Counted from the stretch's first letter, positions 13,075 through 23,665 are shown. The stretch: 64,000 nt of DNA from Synechococcus sp. (GCA_047284725.1 JBJBEO010000001.1:96001-160000); one strand, 5' to 3'. Notes: generated by a model not told the origin, from the sequence alone. Translations and numbers: made by a program.

Positions 13075-14709
13075 TTGACGCGGGCTGACTTTCTCGATCG
13101 CACCCCGGCGCTGGCGCGCCTGAAAGGGGTGCCTCGTGTCTTCAGTCGTCGCCATGCGGTGGTGATGGCGGTGCAAGACGACACGCTCACCCTCACCTGG
13201 ATGGAGGCTGGTGAGCGGCAGTGGCGCCGAGTGGGGATGCCGAAGGATCTCTGCCGCGATGGTCTGCCGATGCAGCGCGAGTCGCTGGGGGAGCTTTGCG
13301 CGGAGCTTCTTTTCGACAACGGTTTACCGCCAGCGTTGGTGGATCTGGAGTTGCTGTTGCCGCTGGAGGCTTGCCATTGGCGCCTCCTCGCTGGAGAGGG
13401 CGTTTCTGCGTCGTCGACCCTGGCGGATCTGCGGGGTGAGAAACCGTTGCTGGAGTGGCCATTTCAGATTGATGATGCGTACCTTGCTGCGATGCCCGCC
13501 CCCGATGGTGCGGACGCTCAGCTGTTGGTGGGTGTGCAGCGCCTGATGCTTCAGGCCTGGGTGGATGTGGTCGAGGCGGCTGATCTCTCTCTGCGTCGCG
13601 TCGATTGGCTGATGGCGTCAGCCTGGCGCGGACTGGTGGGATCCTTTGATGTGGGCATCCCTCAGGACCTGGTCTGGTTGCTCCGTGGGAGCGGTGGATG
13701 GCGTGTCTTGCTGCTCAACAACGGTTTACCCGAATTGGATCGCTTGATCCTTGACAAGGAGCTCGATCCTGCATTGAGCGAATCTAAGGGGTTGCACCAG
13801 CAGCTGGAACGAACCCTCAGCACGTGGGACGTGCAGACCACGTCAAAGGCCGGTGAGGCCAACTGGCAGCGTTACTGGTGGATCTCAGCCCGCCTGGCCG
13901 ACCAGGCCCAGTGGCTTGATTGGATGGCACGGGAGGTGCATGGGCCGATCCTTGGCGTCCCCAAGGGGGATCTGCAGCTTGAGGATGCTGACGCTCCGGA
14001 GCCTCTGATTGCGCTGGCGCTCAAGGGCAGCGCATCAATGGATCTGTTGCAGGAACGGCGACCTGAGCTTGGCCTGCCCGCTGCGACGCCGGTGGTGGAA
14101 GACAGTCGCTCGTTGTTATTGAAGGGGGCCGGCCTTGGCGGTGGCCTCGTGTTGCTTGGTTTGCTCGGCATCGGGGCGATGGCCTGGTGGGAGGGGTATC
14201 AGGCTCAACAACTGGAGGCCCTGTTGCCTGTGGAGCAGCAGGTGCTGGAAACAGAAGCCAAACTCAAGCGTCTTGAAACACGCATCACCACGATCACGAA
14301 CGACAACAAAAAGATCGCCCAGACTTTGGTGGCTGTACGTTCAAGTTCGGCGTTGATGGAGCAAATGCGTCAGATTGCTCCACAGGGAGTTCAATTCAAA
14401 GATTTGGGTGTGAAGGGAAATTCGATCAAGTTGAGCGGAGTTGTTGTCGGAGCGGGCACCCCAGGCCCTTTGGAGCGCATCAATTCTTTGCTGATCACGC
14501 TGTCTGAACTGCCGGAGAGCAAAAGCAATGGAGTCTCGCTGGTTAATGCAAGACGTACTTCAGATGGCGCGCGCGGATCAGTGAGTTTCAACCTCAATTG
14601 GACTCTTGATTCCTCGACTAAACCCACCGTGGAGCAGTTGGAGGCCTTGGGGGCCACGGGCATGGCTGCGCGTCTGCGGATGCTGGAGAAACAGGGGGTG
14701 CAATTTTGA
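13075..14709 (+). CDS. type IV pilus assembly protein, apparent PilM-like/PilN fusion
   Basis: C-terminal half has the PilN layout (DLLQERR motif, TM helix, coiled coil, PQGVQF..L...IKLSG). First gene of the pilO-pilQ cluster. Start uncertain. Confidence 0.7.
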   Translation: MTRADFLDRTPALARLKGVPRVFSRRHAVVMAVQDDTLTLTWMEAGERQWRRVGMPKDLCRDGLPMQRESLGELCAELLFDNGLPPALVDLELLLPLEACHWRLLAGEGVSASSTLADLRGEKPLLEWPFQIDDAYLAAMPAPDGADAQLLVGVQRLMLQAWVDVVEAADLSLRRVDWLMASAWRGLVGSFDVGIPQDLVWLLRGSGGWRVLLLNNGLPELDRLILDKELDPALSESKGLHQQLERTLSTWDVQTTSKAGEANWQRYWWISARLADQAQWLDWMAREVHGPILGVPKGDLQLEDADAPEPLIALALKGSASMDLLQERRPELGLPAATPVVEDSRSLLLKGAGLGGGLVLLGLLGIGAMAWWEGYQAQQLEALLPVEQQVLETEAKLKRLETRITTITNDNKKIAQTLVAVRSSSALMEQMRQIAPQGVQFKDLGVKGNSIKLSGVVVGAGTPGPLERINSLLITLSELPESKSNGVSLVNARRTSDGARGSVSFNLNWTLDSSTKPTVEQLEALGATGMAARLRMLEKQGVQF

Positions 14710-15443
14710 CGAATCTCTCCGCTTCAGTTTCTGTCTGGAAGCGACGCTTCAGTCGCGAACGCGTGCTGATTGGCACCCCAGTGATTACTGGTGTCGTGGT
14801 GTTGGCCTGCTTGTTGATTTTCGATGGATGGCCGCGGGTGGGTCGTCTTCAGGAGCAGAGAGAGCGACTGCAGGAGCTGCGCCTCAAGCAGGCCTCGTTG
14901 CCTGGATTGCGACGGCAGCTGGCGAAGCAGGAAATCCGGGCCCAGCAGGTGGCCCAGCAGCAGGCCTTATTGGTGGACCTGATTGCTGGTCGTGACCAGA
15001 TTCAAACCTTTTTGGCTGAGGTGGGTCGTGTTGCCGATGCAACAGGCGTTGTGGTCAGTTTGTATGAACCTTCGGCTCCCCCTGCGCCCAAGCCCCCCAA
15101 GCCCCAGTCCCGGAGTCGATCCAGCAAATCAAAACAAAAAGACGTTCCAAAAGATCCCCTTAATGAGCTTGGTTACGTCAAAACCAGTGTGTTGCTCAAG
15201 GCGATAGGCCCCTATGAAGCATTGCAGTCGTTTTTGAGACGGATGGAGTCGTTGCAATTGCTTGTTCAGCCCAGTAATCTTGCTCTGAAATCGTCTTCTA
15301 AAGGGCAGAAGATTAAAGTCCGATCCACTGCCGTAGAATTAGAGAAGCCTAATACAGAGCTTAATTTGCGACTGAGTTTCTTCGATCGGGTCGATGGCGC
15401 TGAGCCTCAGTCCAAGGATCAGGAGCCCCAACGGCGACCTTGA
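14706..15443 (+). CDS. type IV pilus assembly protein PilO-like
   Basis: N-terminal TM helix, coiled coil and GPYEALQSFLRRMESL. Overlaps the pilN stop and precedes the secretin. Confidence 0.75.
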   Translation: MTNLSASVSVWKRRFSRERVLIGTPVITGVVVLACLLIFDGWPRVGRLQEQRERLQELRLKQASLPGLRRQLAKQEIRAQQVAQQQALLVDLIAGRDQIQTFLAEVGRVADATGVVVSLYEPSAPPAPKPPKPQSRSRSSKSKQKDVPKDPLNELGYVKTSVLLKAIGPYEALQSFLRRMESLQLLVQPSNLALKSSSKGQKIKVRSTAVELEKPNTELNLRLSFFDRVDGAEPQSKDQEPQRRP

Positions 15444-15524
15444 TGACCTTTGGGGCTTGGTGACAGGCGGCTAGCTATCGCTGGATTTGATCGATACCAT
15501 CCGTCTACTGCAAGTGCTCTTGGC

Positions 15525-17825
15525 ATGGCCCGATCCTCTTCCCGTCGTTTCAAGTCCCTGGCATTGGGCTTGTCTCTGGCAGTAGGAAGCACTGCGCTGG
15601 ATTGCTCGGGTCTGGTTCAGGGCGGGCGCGGTGGAGCCTTGGCGCAGAGTCAGCGTCAGCAGGGCGTGATGCAATTGCGTCTGAAGCGCCGTGCCGACGC
15701 CTTGGATGTGGTGATTGAGGGTGTGGGTGCTGAGCCCGAATTGCAGCAGCGGCTTAACGGGCTCATCTGGGAGGCCAAGCTGCGCACCCAGGGCCAACCG
15801 GGCCTGTTGCGGGGACCTCAGACACTGAGCCTGCCCGAGCTTGGCATTGAGAGTGTGTCGCTCAATGGTGGTGGCGATAGCTATCGCATTGTCATCAGTG
15901 CCATTCAAGGCCAATCCCTTGCCGACCCTGTCGTGACGGCTGATGGTCGCAATCTGATCCTTACCTTCGCTGGCCTGGGCACACCCCAACTGCAAACGAC
16001 CACGCTGGATCTCACCACGCCGGGTCGGGTGCCGCAGCCCCGCTACGCACCGCCACTGCGTCCAAGGGCCGTCGCTCCACCGCTGGGAGATATGGCCGTG
16101 GGCACGATGGTGCTGCAGAACCGCAGTTTTGTGAATGTGAGTGGTCCTCCGGTCACGCTCACGCTGAATCAAGCACCGGCGAAAGATGCCATTTTGTCGT
16201 TGGCGCGTTTGGGGAATTACGGATTCATTTATATGGGCGATGAAGGTCAGGGCACAGGAGCCAACACTGTTTCTGCTCCGGTCACCATGGCGTTCAACAA
16301 CGAAACCTACGCACGGGCTCTGAATTCTCTTCTCTTGGCGTCTGGCCTGCAGGCCAAGTTGGATGGTCGCACTCTGATGGTGGGTCCAAACGTTTCTGGT
16401 AAAACTTTTGGGCCCAAAGTTTCGAAGGTGTATCGCCTGAATCAGGCCGATGTTTCCTCTGCGGCTGATTATCTGGCCAGCCTTGGAGCTGAGATCAGCA
16501 AGGTCACAGTGCAGAGCACAACGACAGGTGAGCCGGTTGCGGGTGGTGGCTCGACATTGAGTAATCAGGTCTCACAGACCACCTCGACACTGACAGAGGT
16601 GGAAACCTACGGCGCTGCCACTGGTCCCTTGCGTGGCTTGACGGGAACGACGGATTCACGCCTGCAGTCAATCACTCTGGTGGGGGATTCGCGATTGGTG
16701 GCTGTGGCTGAAGGCTATCTCAAGCAGATTGATCTTCGCCAGAGACAGGTGGCTGTCAAAGTTCAGATTCTTAATGTGGATTTGTCAAATGACAAATCCA
16801 TTGACTCTAGTTTTTCTGCTCAAATCGGGAATACGTTCTTGGTCAGCGAGAGTGGGAGGGCTTTTGTGAATTTCGGGGATTACAAGCCCGGCGGTAGGGC
16901 TGGGACTGGGGTTGTTGAGGATGGAACTGAGTACATCCAGCCGGGAGCTTATAATGCTGGCATTGAGCAAGAGGCAGCACAAAGAGTTATTGACCCTCCA
17001 TTTGTTGAGGCTCAAGAATTCATTAACGTTACTACTTTTGATTCCAATGGCAACCGAGTTGTGACTCAGGAGCTGGTTCCAAGGTTGGATAATTTTGGTC
17101 GTCCTGAATATGTTCCAACAACAGATCCAGCCGCGTCTCCTCAGTTGGTTGAAAGGTACGATGCTAATGGTCAGCCTATTTATATTCCAGGCCAAGATCC
17201 TGCTCGGTTTAAATACCCGAAAAACTCTTTTTATGGTTACTTGGAAGCGGCAATTGTTAGTTCCAGCGCCAAGACAATTGCTCAGCCAACTCTCTTGGTC
17301 CAAGAGGGAGAGGAGGCGTCTGTAGAGACTGGTACAAGTGTGATTACTGACGTCACGACAACTGACACCGCGAACGGTTCTACCCAGTTTTCGTATTCCA
17401 GAACCAATGCTGGATTAAATCTTGAGGTTAAGGTAAATAAGATTGATGATAATGGTTTTGTCAGTCTGGAATTGAACCCTGAGGTTTCGGTTCCGGTGCC
17501 AGCGGGTACGAATCAGGGTGTTGCGATTTTCAATATTGAAGGAAGAAAATTGAGTTCAGGCAGTATTCGCCTGAGGGACAGGCAAACTCTTGTTTTGACA
17601 GGAGTGATTCAAGATTCTGATCGGGAGCAAGTACAGAAATGGCCGATCCTCGGTGATCTCCCTGTGATTGGTCAGCTCTTCAGGAGCACTGCACGTAGCA
17701 GGCAGAAAAGTGAGCTTGTGATCTTGGTGACGCCCTCGATCATTGATGATGAACAGGGTGGAACCTATGGCTACGGATATCGTCCATCCACCCGCGAGGC
17801 ACGCCAGTTGCTGGGACCGGGCTGA
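15525..17825 (+). CDS. pilQ: outer-membrane secretin PilQ/GspD family
   Basis: IDLRQRQVAVKVQIL, PTLLVQEGEEA, GLNLEV, VLTGVIQ, KWPILGDLPVIGQLFRS and ELVILVTP. Confidence 0.9.
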   Translation: MARSSSRRFKSLALGLSLAVGSTALDCSGLVQGGRGGALAQSQRQQGVMQLRLKRRADALDVVIEGVGAEPELQQRLNGLIWEAKLRTQGQPGLLRGPQTLSLPELGIESVSLNGGGDSYRIVISAIQGQSLADPVVTADGRNLILTFAGLGTPQLQTTTLDLTTPGRVPQPRYAPPLRPRAVAPPLGDMAVGTMVLQNRSFVNVSGPPVTLTLNQAPAKDAILSLARLGNYGFIYMGDEGQGTGANTVSAPVTMAFNNETYARALNSLLLASGLQAKLDGRTLMVGPNVSGKTFGPKVSKVYRLNQADVSSAADYLASLGAEISKVTVQSTTTGEPVAGGGSTLSNQVSQTTSTLTEVETYGAATGPLRGLTGTTDSRLQSITLVGDSRLVAVAEGYLKQIDLRQRQVAVKVQILNVDLSNDKSIDSSFSAQIGNTFLVSESGRAFVNFGDYKPGGRAGTGVVEDGTEYIQPGAYNAGIEQEAAQRVIDPPFVEAQEFINVTTFDSNGNRVVTQELVPRLDNFGRPEYVPTTDPAASPQLVERYDANGQPIYIPGQDPARFKYPKNSFYGYLEAAIVSSSAKTIAQPTLLVQEGEEASVETGTSVITDVTTTDTANGSTQFSYSRTNAGLNLEVKVNKIDDNGFVSLELNPEVSVPVPAGTNQGVAIFNIEGRKLSSGSIRLRDRQTLVLTGVIQDSDREQVQKWPILGDLPVIGQLFRSTARSRQKSELVILVTPSIIDDEQGGTYGYGYRPSTREARQLLGPG

Positions 17826-17827
17826 GA

Positions 17828-18628
17828 TCAGAATCCTGCCGCGGGCATGAACAGTTTCATCGCCAGCGGCAGGAGCGCCTTGGAGGTGGAGAGCAGTCCA
17901 TCCAACACAGCCGAGCCCATGCCGTTGCCGCTCTCTTTTTGGTGCACTTTGTCTTGCAGTGCCTTGGCGGCAGCAGTGAGTTGTGCGGATTGAACCTGCC
18001 CTCCCGCGGCGCTGTAAAGGCTGCTGGCGTACGTGAAATCCTGCATGGCCAGCTGGCGCTTGCCGAGCTTTTCGCGGGCGATGCCCCTTGCCACCCAGCT
18101 CTCCGCAGCATCGGGCTGCTTGCGAATCGCCAGACCGAACAGGTCTTCCGCTTGCGTCCAGCGATTGGATTCACCGGCGGTGACGCCGGCGTTGTGAAGG
18201 GCCGCATGGCTCTGGGCTTCGGGTTCCAGGCCGGTGGCACCAGTCCAGTGGGCTTCTTCAAGAGCGTTGGCATCGAGAAGTGCGCTGGTGAGATCCGCAT
18301 CCCTTAGATCGGTTCCCAGCAGTCGGCTTCCTCGCAAGTCGGCACCGCGCAGGGATGCCCCTTGCAGGCTGGTGAAGCTCAGATCGGCTCCGCTGAGGTT
18401 GGCCCCATCAAGGCGGGCCTGGCCGAGGTTGGCGCGCTGCAGGCGGGATTGGCTCAGATCGACATCCCGTAGATCCGCGTGCACGAGGTCTGCATCCGCC
18501 AGGGAGCACTGGGGGCAACGTTTGGTCTGCAGCAGCTGCAGGAGATCGTCACTGGCGCGGGCGTTGCAAGGGATGGTCAAGGCGCCTGCAAGCAGCAACC
18601 CAAGCAACAGGGGGTGACGAGCTGTCAT
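17828..18628 (-). CDS. pentapeptide-repeat protein with TPR-like C-terminus
   Basis: Signal peptide, LLQTKRCPQC, A(D/N)Lxx repeats, then TPR-like helices. ATG start at 18628 is inferred. Confidence 0.88.
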   Translation of the reverse strand: MTARHPLLLGLLLAGALTIPCNARASDDLLQLLQTKRCPQCSLADADLVHADLRDVDLSQSRLQRANLGQARLDGANLSGADLSFTSLQGASLRGADLRGSRLLGTDLRDADLTSALLDANALEEAHWTGATGLEPEAQSHAALHNAGVTAGESNRWTQAEDLFGLAIRKQPDAAESWVARGIAREKLGKRQLAMQDFTYASSLYSAAGGQVQSAQLTAAAKALQDKVHQKESGNGMGSAVLDGLLSTSKALLPLAMKLFMPAAGF

Positions 18629-18740
18629 GGATGGTGCGCTGGAGGCTTCTGTTTTGTATCGGGTTCCGGCGCTTGCGTCGACCTGGGTCGAGTGGCTAGG
18701 GACCTGGCTGGGCAGGATAGAGCGATTGCAGGTCTGATTC

Positions 18741-19853
18741 GTGAGCGGCGCTGTTCCTGCCCATGGCGGCAACCTCCTTGCGGAGGCGCGTCGGTTGGGA
18801 GTGGATGCCTCCACGCTTCTGGATGCCAGCGCTTCCTTGGTGCCGTTTCGCCCGCCTCGCTCGTTGCAGCGGGCGCTTGCGTCGGCGATTCGCGGCAGTG
18901 CGCTGCGCGATTATCCCGATCGCGATCAACGGGGCCTGCGCGACGCGATCGCTCGTTGGCATGGCCTTGACTCCGCTTGCGTGTTGCCGGGCAATGGCGC
19001 TGCGGAGTTGTTCACCTGGGCCGCCCGTGATGCTGCGGCTCTCGGATGCAGTCTGTTGCCCACACCTGGTTTCGCGGACTACCGGAGAGCCTTGCAGTGC
19101 TGGCAGGCCCCACTGCGCTCCGTCAGTCTTCCTCTGAACGGCTTCACCGGGCCGCTTCAATCATTCCCTGAACAAGATGATGATTCGCGCCGCGATGCCG
19201 TGCTGTGGGTGACTAACCCCCACAATCCCACCGGTCAGCTCTGGAGCCGGAGTTCGCTTGAGCCTCTCTTGGAGCGCTACGCCCTCGTGATCTGCGATGA
19301 GGCTTTTCTTTCCGTTGTCCCCGACGGAGAGAGGCAGTCCTTGCTGCCGCTGGTGGAGGCCTACCCCAATCTTGTGGTGATTCGCAGCCTCACCAAGATC
19401 TTGGCTGTGGCTGGTCTGCGCCTGGGCTATGCCGTTGCTCAGCCGGAGCGCCTCGGCCGGTGGCAGCGGTGGCGTGACCCTTGGCCTGTGAATGGGCTGG
19501 CTTCAGCAGTTGGAGAAGCGGTATTGGCCGATGATCAGGGATTCGTTCGATGGCTGCAGCGGGTGCATCAGTGGGTGGCGCGTGACGGCTTGTGGCTGTC
19601 GGAGCATTTGCATGCCCTGCCGGGCCTGGTTCCTTTGCCTTCAGCGGCCAATTTTGTGCTGATCCAAGCCGCTCAGAGCCTGGTGCCTCTGCGGGATGCG
19701 GTCGCTCGGCGCCATGGGGTGTTGCTCCGCGATTGCCGTTCGTTTGAAGGTCTGGGTGAGAACTGGTTGCGCATCGGTCTGCAGAACCGGCGCGGCAACC
19801 GCCGCATCCTCCGGGCCTTGCATCAGGAACTCCCCCGTCGGCCTCTGGTTTGA
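18741..19853 (+). CDS. PLP-dependent class I/II enzyme, probable threonine-phosphate decarboxylase (CobD/CobC type)
   Basis: HGGN at the N-terminus, GNGAAELF, NPHNPTG, DEAF, RSLTK..AVAGLRLGY and RDCRSFEGL. Confidence 0.85.
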   Translation: MSGAVPAHGGNLLAEARRLGVDASTLLDASASLVPFRPPRSLQRALASAIRGSALRDYPDRDQRGLRDAIARWHGLDSACVLPGNGAAELFTWAARDAAALGCSLLPTPGFADYRRALQCWQAPLRSVSLPLNGFTGPLQSFPEQDDDSRRDAVLWVTNPHNPTGQLWSRSSLEPLLERYALVICDEAFLSVVPDGERQSLLPLVEAYPNLVVIRSLTKILAVAGLRLGYAVAQPERLGRWQRWRDPWPVNGLASAVGEAVLADDQGFVRWLQRVHQWVARDGLWLSEHLHALPGLVPLPSAANFVLIQAAQSLVPLRDAVARRHGVLLRDCRSFEGLGENWLRIGLQNRRGNRRILRALHQELPRRPLV

Positions 19854-19895
19854 ACCCTGGTGTGAAGCTTGGATGTTCCAGGGCTGTGCGGGCCT

Positions 19896-20972
19896 TCAGT
19901 TCACCAGGTCCTGCAGCACGTCCGCCAGGCGGCTTTCTGCATCGCGCACCGCCAGACGTTCCATGCCGGCGGCCATGGTGACGAGCGGATCAACGACAGC
20001 CTCGCAGTGGCGCAGCCGTGGACCCAGCAAGCGCCATAGCGTGCGCTTCAGGGCATGGTGGTCGGGCGTGTGCTGATGCACGATCACGGCGGCTCCGAGG
20101 GCCGCAGCGCAGACGGCGTTGGCGTCCTGGTGCTGGTCGGCGGCTTGCGGGAATGGCACCAGCACGCTGGGGGTGGCGGTCACCGCCAGCTCGCTGAGGC
20201 TGCCGGCTCCGGCTCTGCTGATCGCCAGGTCGGCGTGTTGGAGCAGCCCCGGCACCTCATCGCTGAAGGGGAGTTCCACCAGGTTGGGGTGTTGGATTGT
20301 GCCGGCTTCCGGGTCGTTGCTGCCGCTGAGGTGCACCACCCGGCAACCAGCGCCGAGCAGATCCGGCAGCACGGCGCGCACCATGCGGTTGAGGCCTAAC
20401 GCTCCTTGGCTGCCGCCCATCACCAGCACAAGAGGCCCCGCACCCGTTGGCACCCAGGCGGGTAGCGGTTGGGGCGTGAGAAAGCTCTCGCGCACCGGCG
20501 TGCCGGTGACAACGGCCGTGCAGCCAGGAATGCGTTTGACGGCAGCGGGGAGTCCAACGGCCACCTGCGTGCAGAAGCGCCCGAGCAGTCGCGTGACGCG
20601 GCCAGGGACGGCATTGGATTCATGCAGCACCACCGGGATGCCACACCAGCGGGCCGCCAGGATCGCCGGAGCGGCGATGTAGCCGCCGGTGGTGAACACC
20701 ACCTGGCTGCCCTCGCGGCGGATCAGGCGACGCACGCCGCGGCTGGCGGCGATCAATTGCAGCAGTTGGATCACTTTGCGCAGACCCCGTCCCTGCAGGC
20801 CACCGGCTTGCACGGTGGTGAGCGGATAACGCTCCGGCACCAGCGAGGTTTCCAGTCGGTCGGGCACGCCGAGCCAACAGGCCTGCCAGTGCTCGGGCAT
20901 AGCCTCGGCGACGGCGAGGGCCGGGAAGAGGTGGCCACCGGTGCCGCTGGCGGCGATCAAAAGCCGTGACAT
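19896..20972 (-). CDS. murG: UDP-GlcNAc:lipid I N-acetylglucosamine transferase
   Basis: [28 protein letters not shown] and HQDANA. Confidence 0.97.
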   Translation of the reverse strand: MSRLLIAASGTGGHLFPALAVAEAMPEHWQACWLGVPDRLETSLVPERYPLTTVQAGGLQGRGLRKVIQLLQLIAASRGVRRLIRREGSQVVFTTGGYIAAPAILAARWCGIPVVLHESNAVPGRVTRLLGRFCTQVAVGLPAAVKRIPGCTAVVTGTPVRESFLTPQPLPAWVPTGAGPLVLVMGGSQGALGLNRMVRAVLPDLLGAGCRVVHLSGSNDPEAGTIQHPNLVELPFSDEVPGLLQHADLAISRAGAGSLSELAVTATPSVLVPFPQAADQHQDANAVCAAALGAAVIVHQHTPDHHALKRTLWRLLGPRLRHCEAVVDPLVTMAAGMERLAVRDAESRLADVLQDLVN

Positions 20973-21031
20973 GGCAGCGGGCGCGGCAGGAAGAGGCGCC
21001 CTAACTTAAGGGTGATGCTGATTCTGCTTGC

Positions 21032-21799
21032 GTGCGGCCCTATCTGACTTCGTTGCTGAGCTTGTGTGTGATGGCCTCGGCTGCGCTGCCGGTGTCGCTT
21101 CGGGCGCAGGCCTTCGCCAGTCAGGCCGACCCAGCGCCATCTGCGTCCGCGCCATCCGTGGTGGCCCGGCTTGAGCAGGCCCTGAATGCCCCCGATCAGG
21201 AGGGTCTGGATGCGTTGCTCGCTCCGGATCAACGGGATCAGCTGGGGCCACGCCTGCGTCGTTTCGCCCAGCGTTTCACCAATGCCCGCTGGCGTCTCAC
21301 GGCGGGTGAGCCTCTGTCTGATGGCACGGTGCCGGTGGCTGTGGCGGTCAGCGGCAGCACAACGAGCAATGGGTTGCAGTACTCCCTGCAGGCGAGTCAG
21401 CAACTGCGTCTGCGTCTGGAGGGTGGCTTGATCAGTGGTCAGGAGTTGGTGCAAGACCAGTCGGTGCTCACGAGCGCCCGTCAACCCCTGCCGATCACCT
21501 TGGTCATTCCCGATGCGGTGCTCACCGGTAGTCGTTACGACGTGGACGTGGTGCTGGATGAGCCCCTGGGCCAGGCCCTGGTGGCCGGTGGATTGGCGGC
21601 GTTAACGCCGCGCCAGATTCGTGAGCAGCAAACGCCAGCCATTCAGCTCGAGCCCCTGGGAGGCGGGGGCCTGTTCAAGTCGGTGCAGGCGCCGCTGCAG
21701 CCAGGGGTGCAGACCTGGGCGGCGATGCTGGTGCATCCCGATGGTGTGATCACCGTCACCAAGCAGGTGCGGGTCGTGAACGACCGCACCGAACTCTGA
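21032..21799 (+). CDS. conserved secreted protein (NTF2-like N-terminal domain)
   Basis: Signal peptide, typical codon usage and a GGGGLFKSVQAP motif; conserved-looking cyanobacterial protein. Confidence 0.7.
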   Translation: MRPYLTSLLSLCVMASAALPVSLRAQAFASQADPAPSASAPSVVARLEQALNAPDQEGLDALLAPDQRDQLGPRLRRFAQRFTNARWRLTAGEPLSDGTVPVAVAVSGSTTSNGLQYSLQASQQLRLRLEGGLISGQELVQDQSVLTSARQPLPITLVIPDAVLTGSRYDVDVVLDEPLGQALVAGGLAALTPRQIREQQTPAIQLEPLGGGGLFKSVQAPLQPGVQTWAAMLVHPDGVITVTKQVRVVNDRTEL

Positions 21800-21838
21800 G
21801 CTTCGGTCTTGGCATGACAGCACCCTGACAAGCGGTGG

Positions 21839-22750
21839 TCAGGGTGCCGGCGGCAGACTTCGGCGCAGCGCTGAGACATCAGCGTCGCCCAGCCCCTGTG
21901 CCATCAGGGCGGCTTCTTGGTCCCGTACCGCTGCGGAGATCGGCAATTCCAGCCCCGTCACCTGAGCTGTCTCCAGAGCGATGCCGAGATCTTTGTGATG
22001 CAGCGCCAGCTTGAAGCCGAGGGGGTAGTGATCGGCAAGCATGGCGCTTGAGCGGTGTCGCAGGGCCCACGACCCCGCCGCGCCATGCTGCAGGGCGCTG
22101 ACCACCTGATCCATCGGCAGCTTCAGGTGTTGCCCCAGGGCCATCGCTTCCGCCACGGCGGCATAGCTGCCGGCCACCAGCACCTGATTCACCGCCTTCA
22201 CCTGTTGGCCAGCGCCCACGGGGCCGAAGTGGTGGATGGACCCCCCGATGGTGTCCAGCACAGGACGGGCCCGCTCCAGATCGGCGAATGCTCCACCGCA
22301 GAGAACCGTGAGCGTGCCGGCTTTGGCGCCTTCCGTGCCGCCGGTGACGGGGGCATCGAGATAGCCCACGCCCCGTGCCGCCAGGCGTTGTGCCATCGCC
22401 TGGGAGGTGGCCGGGCTGATGGTTGAGCAGTCGATCACCAGGCTCCCCTCGGCCAGCACGGGGCCTGCCCCCTGTTCGCCCCAGAGCACCGTCTCCACGG
22501 CGGCGTCATCACTGACGCAGAGCACCAGGGCCTGGCAGCCGCAGGCGGCCTCGGTGGGGGACGCGCAGCCGACTGCTGCTGCTCTGGCGTCACCCTGTTG
22601 CAGGGCTGCATCGCTCTCGGCGCCGCGGCTGCGGGTGTGCACGCGAAGGGCGTAGCCGGCGCTGCGAAGGTTGATCGCCATGGGTAACCCCAGAGCGCCA
22701 AGACCCACCACGGCAAGGGAGCAAGGGGGCTGCAACTCAGGCTTCATCAT
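21839..22750 (-). CDS. NAD(P)-dependent beta-hydroxyacid dehydrogenase (3-hydroxyisobutyrate/2-hydroxy-3-oxopropionate reductase family)
   Basis: VGLGALG, DCSTISP, DAPVTGG, GQQVKAVNQ and FKLALHHKDL. Confidence 0.9.
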   Translation of the reverse strand: MMKPELQPPCSLAVVGLGALGLPMAINLRSAGYALRVHTRSRGAESDAALQQGDARAAAVGCASPTEAACGCQALVLCVSDDAAVETVLWGEQGAGPVLAEGSLVIDCSTISPATSQAMAQRLAARGVGYLDAPVTGGTEGAKAGTLTVLCGGAFADLERARPVLDTIGGSIHHFGPVGAGQQVKAVNQVLVAGSYAAVAEAMALGQHLKLPMDQVVSALQHGAAGSWALRHRSSAMLADHYPLGFKLALHHKDLGIALETAQVTGLELPISAAVRDQEAALMAQGLGDADVSALRRSLPPAP

Positions 22751-23095
22751 CAGGGGGGCGATCGCGACGCGTTGCCCCCGATTGTGCAGACTCTGCGCCC
22801 GTTGATCGCCGCTGCGTTGGCGGTTGGCACCACGCTTGCCACCCTCAAGGCGAGACCGTCTGCATCGACGTGGCTGGTCGTCTTTCGGTGGTTTTGACGA
22901 CGGCATTGCCCATCTGTTCATCACCCCACCGGCATGGATCGCGGCAGTTGGATTGTTGTGGCTGGGGCTCTTGGCCAAAGGCTGAGGGGCGCGCTGTCTT
23001 CCATCGGTCAGATCCGGTCATGCCTGGCCGTCAGTTCAGTCAGACCTGGGCGATGGAGTTCACGCACGCTTGAGCTGTTCCACGCACATGAAGCG

Positions 23096-23551
23096 ATGAG
23101 TGCAGCCATTCGTTGGCAGCGGTTGTGGCTTGGCCCTTGCACGGCACTGGCCTTAGCCGCACTGCAGCCGTTCCATCCATCGGCCCAGGCCCACCCCGTT
23201 GCCGTGGCCTCCAGAGATCAGCTCAATCACGCAGAGCGCCGTGCTCTGTTTCGGGACCGGCGTGAGTGGGAGTTGAACAGTTTTGAGCGCCGCCGGACCA
23301 TGTGGCGCAATGAACGCCGTTGCATTCGCCATGCCAGGAGCCCCTGGGACCTGCGGCGCTGCAAAGACGAGTTCGCCCGTGCTCTCAACCACCTGGAGAA
23401 GGACCGGTCCCGCGCCATGGATCACGCACGTCGCCGGTTGCGGTTGAAGGCCGTGCGCCATGGATCCAGCGTTTCCTGGCGTGATCGGCGCCATGGCTAT
23501 CCGCATGCTCACCGCCAGCAGCCGATCCTCCGCGTGGATTGGCTGCGCTGA
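23096..23551 (+). CDS. Arg-rich secreted hypothetical protein (paralog of next gene)
   Basis: Signal peptide ending AQA; ungapped similarity to 23666-24046, including CX12C. Confidence 0.7.
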   Translation: MSAAIRWQRLWLGPCTALALAALQPFHPSAQAHPVAVASRDQLNHAERRALFRDRREWELNSFERRRTMWRNERRCIRHARSPWDLRRCKDEFARALNHLEKDRSRAMDHARRRLRLKAVRHGSSVSWRDRRHGYPHAHRQQPILRVDWLR

Positions 23552-23665
23552 GGGCTGGTCAGACCTTGTCATGGCTTGCCATCGTCCTGGTCAGATTCAG
23601 CCCGATCACCCGCCCCACGATGGACGGGTCCGACGTTTCTCCTTCTTCTGATGACTGTTGCATCG

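Noticed and set aside
22755..22985. Possible small membrane peptide (...GGFDDGIAHLFITPPAWIAAVGLLWLGLLAKG*)
   Set aside because: It has only a weak TTG start, is about 50 codons long and matches no family I can support.
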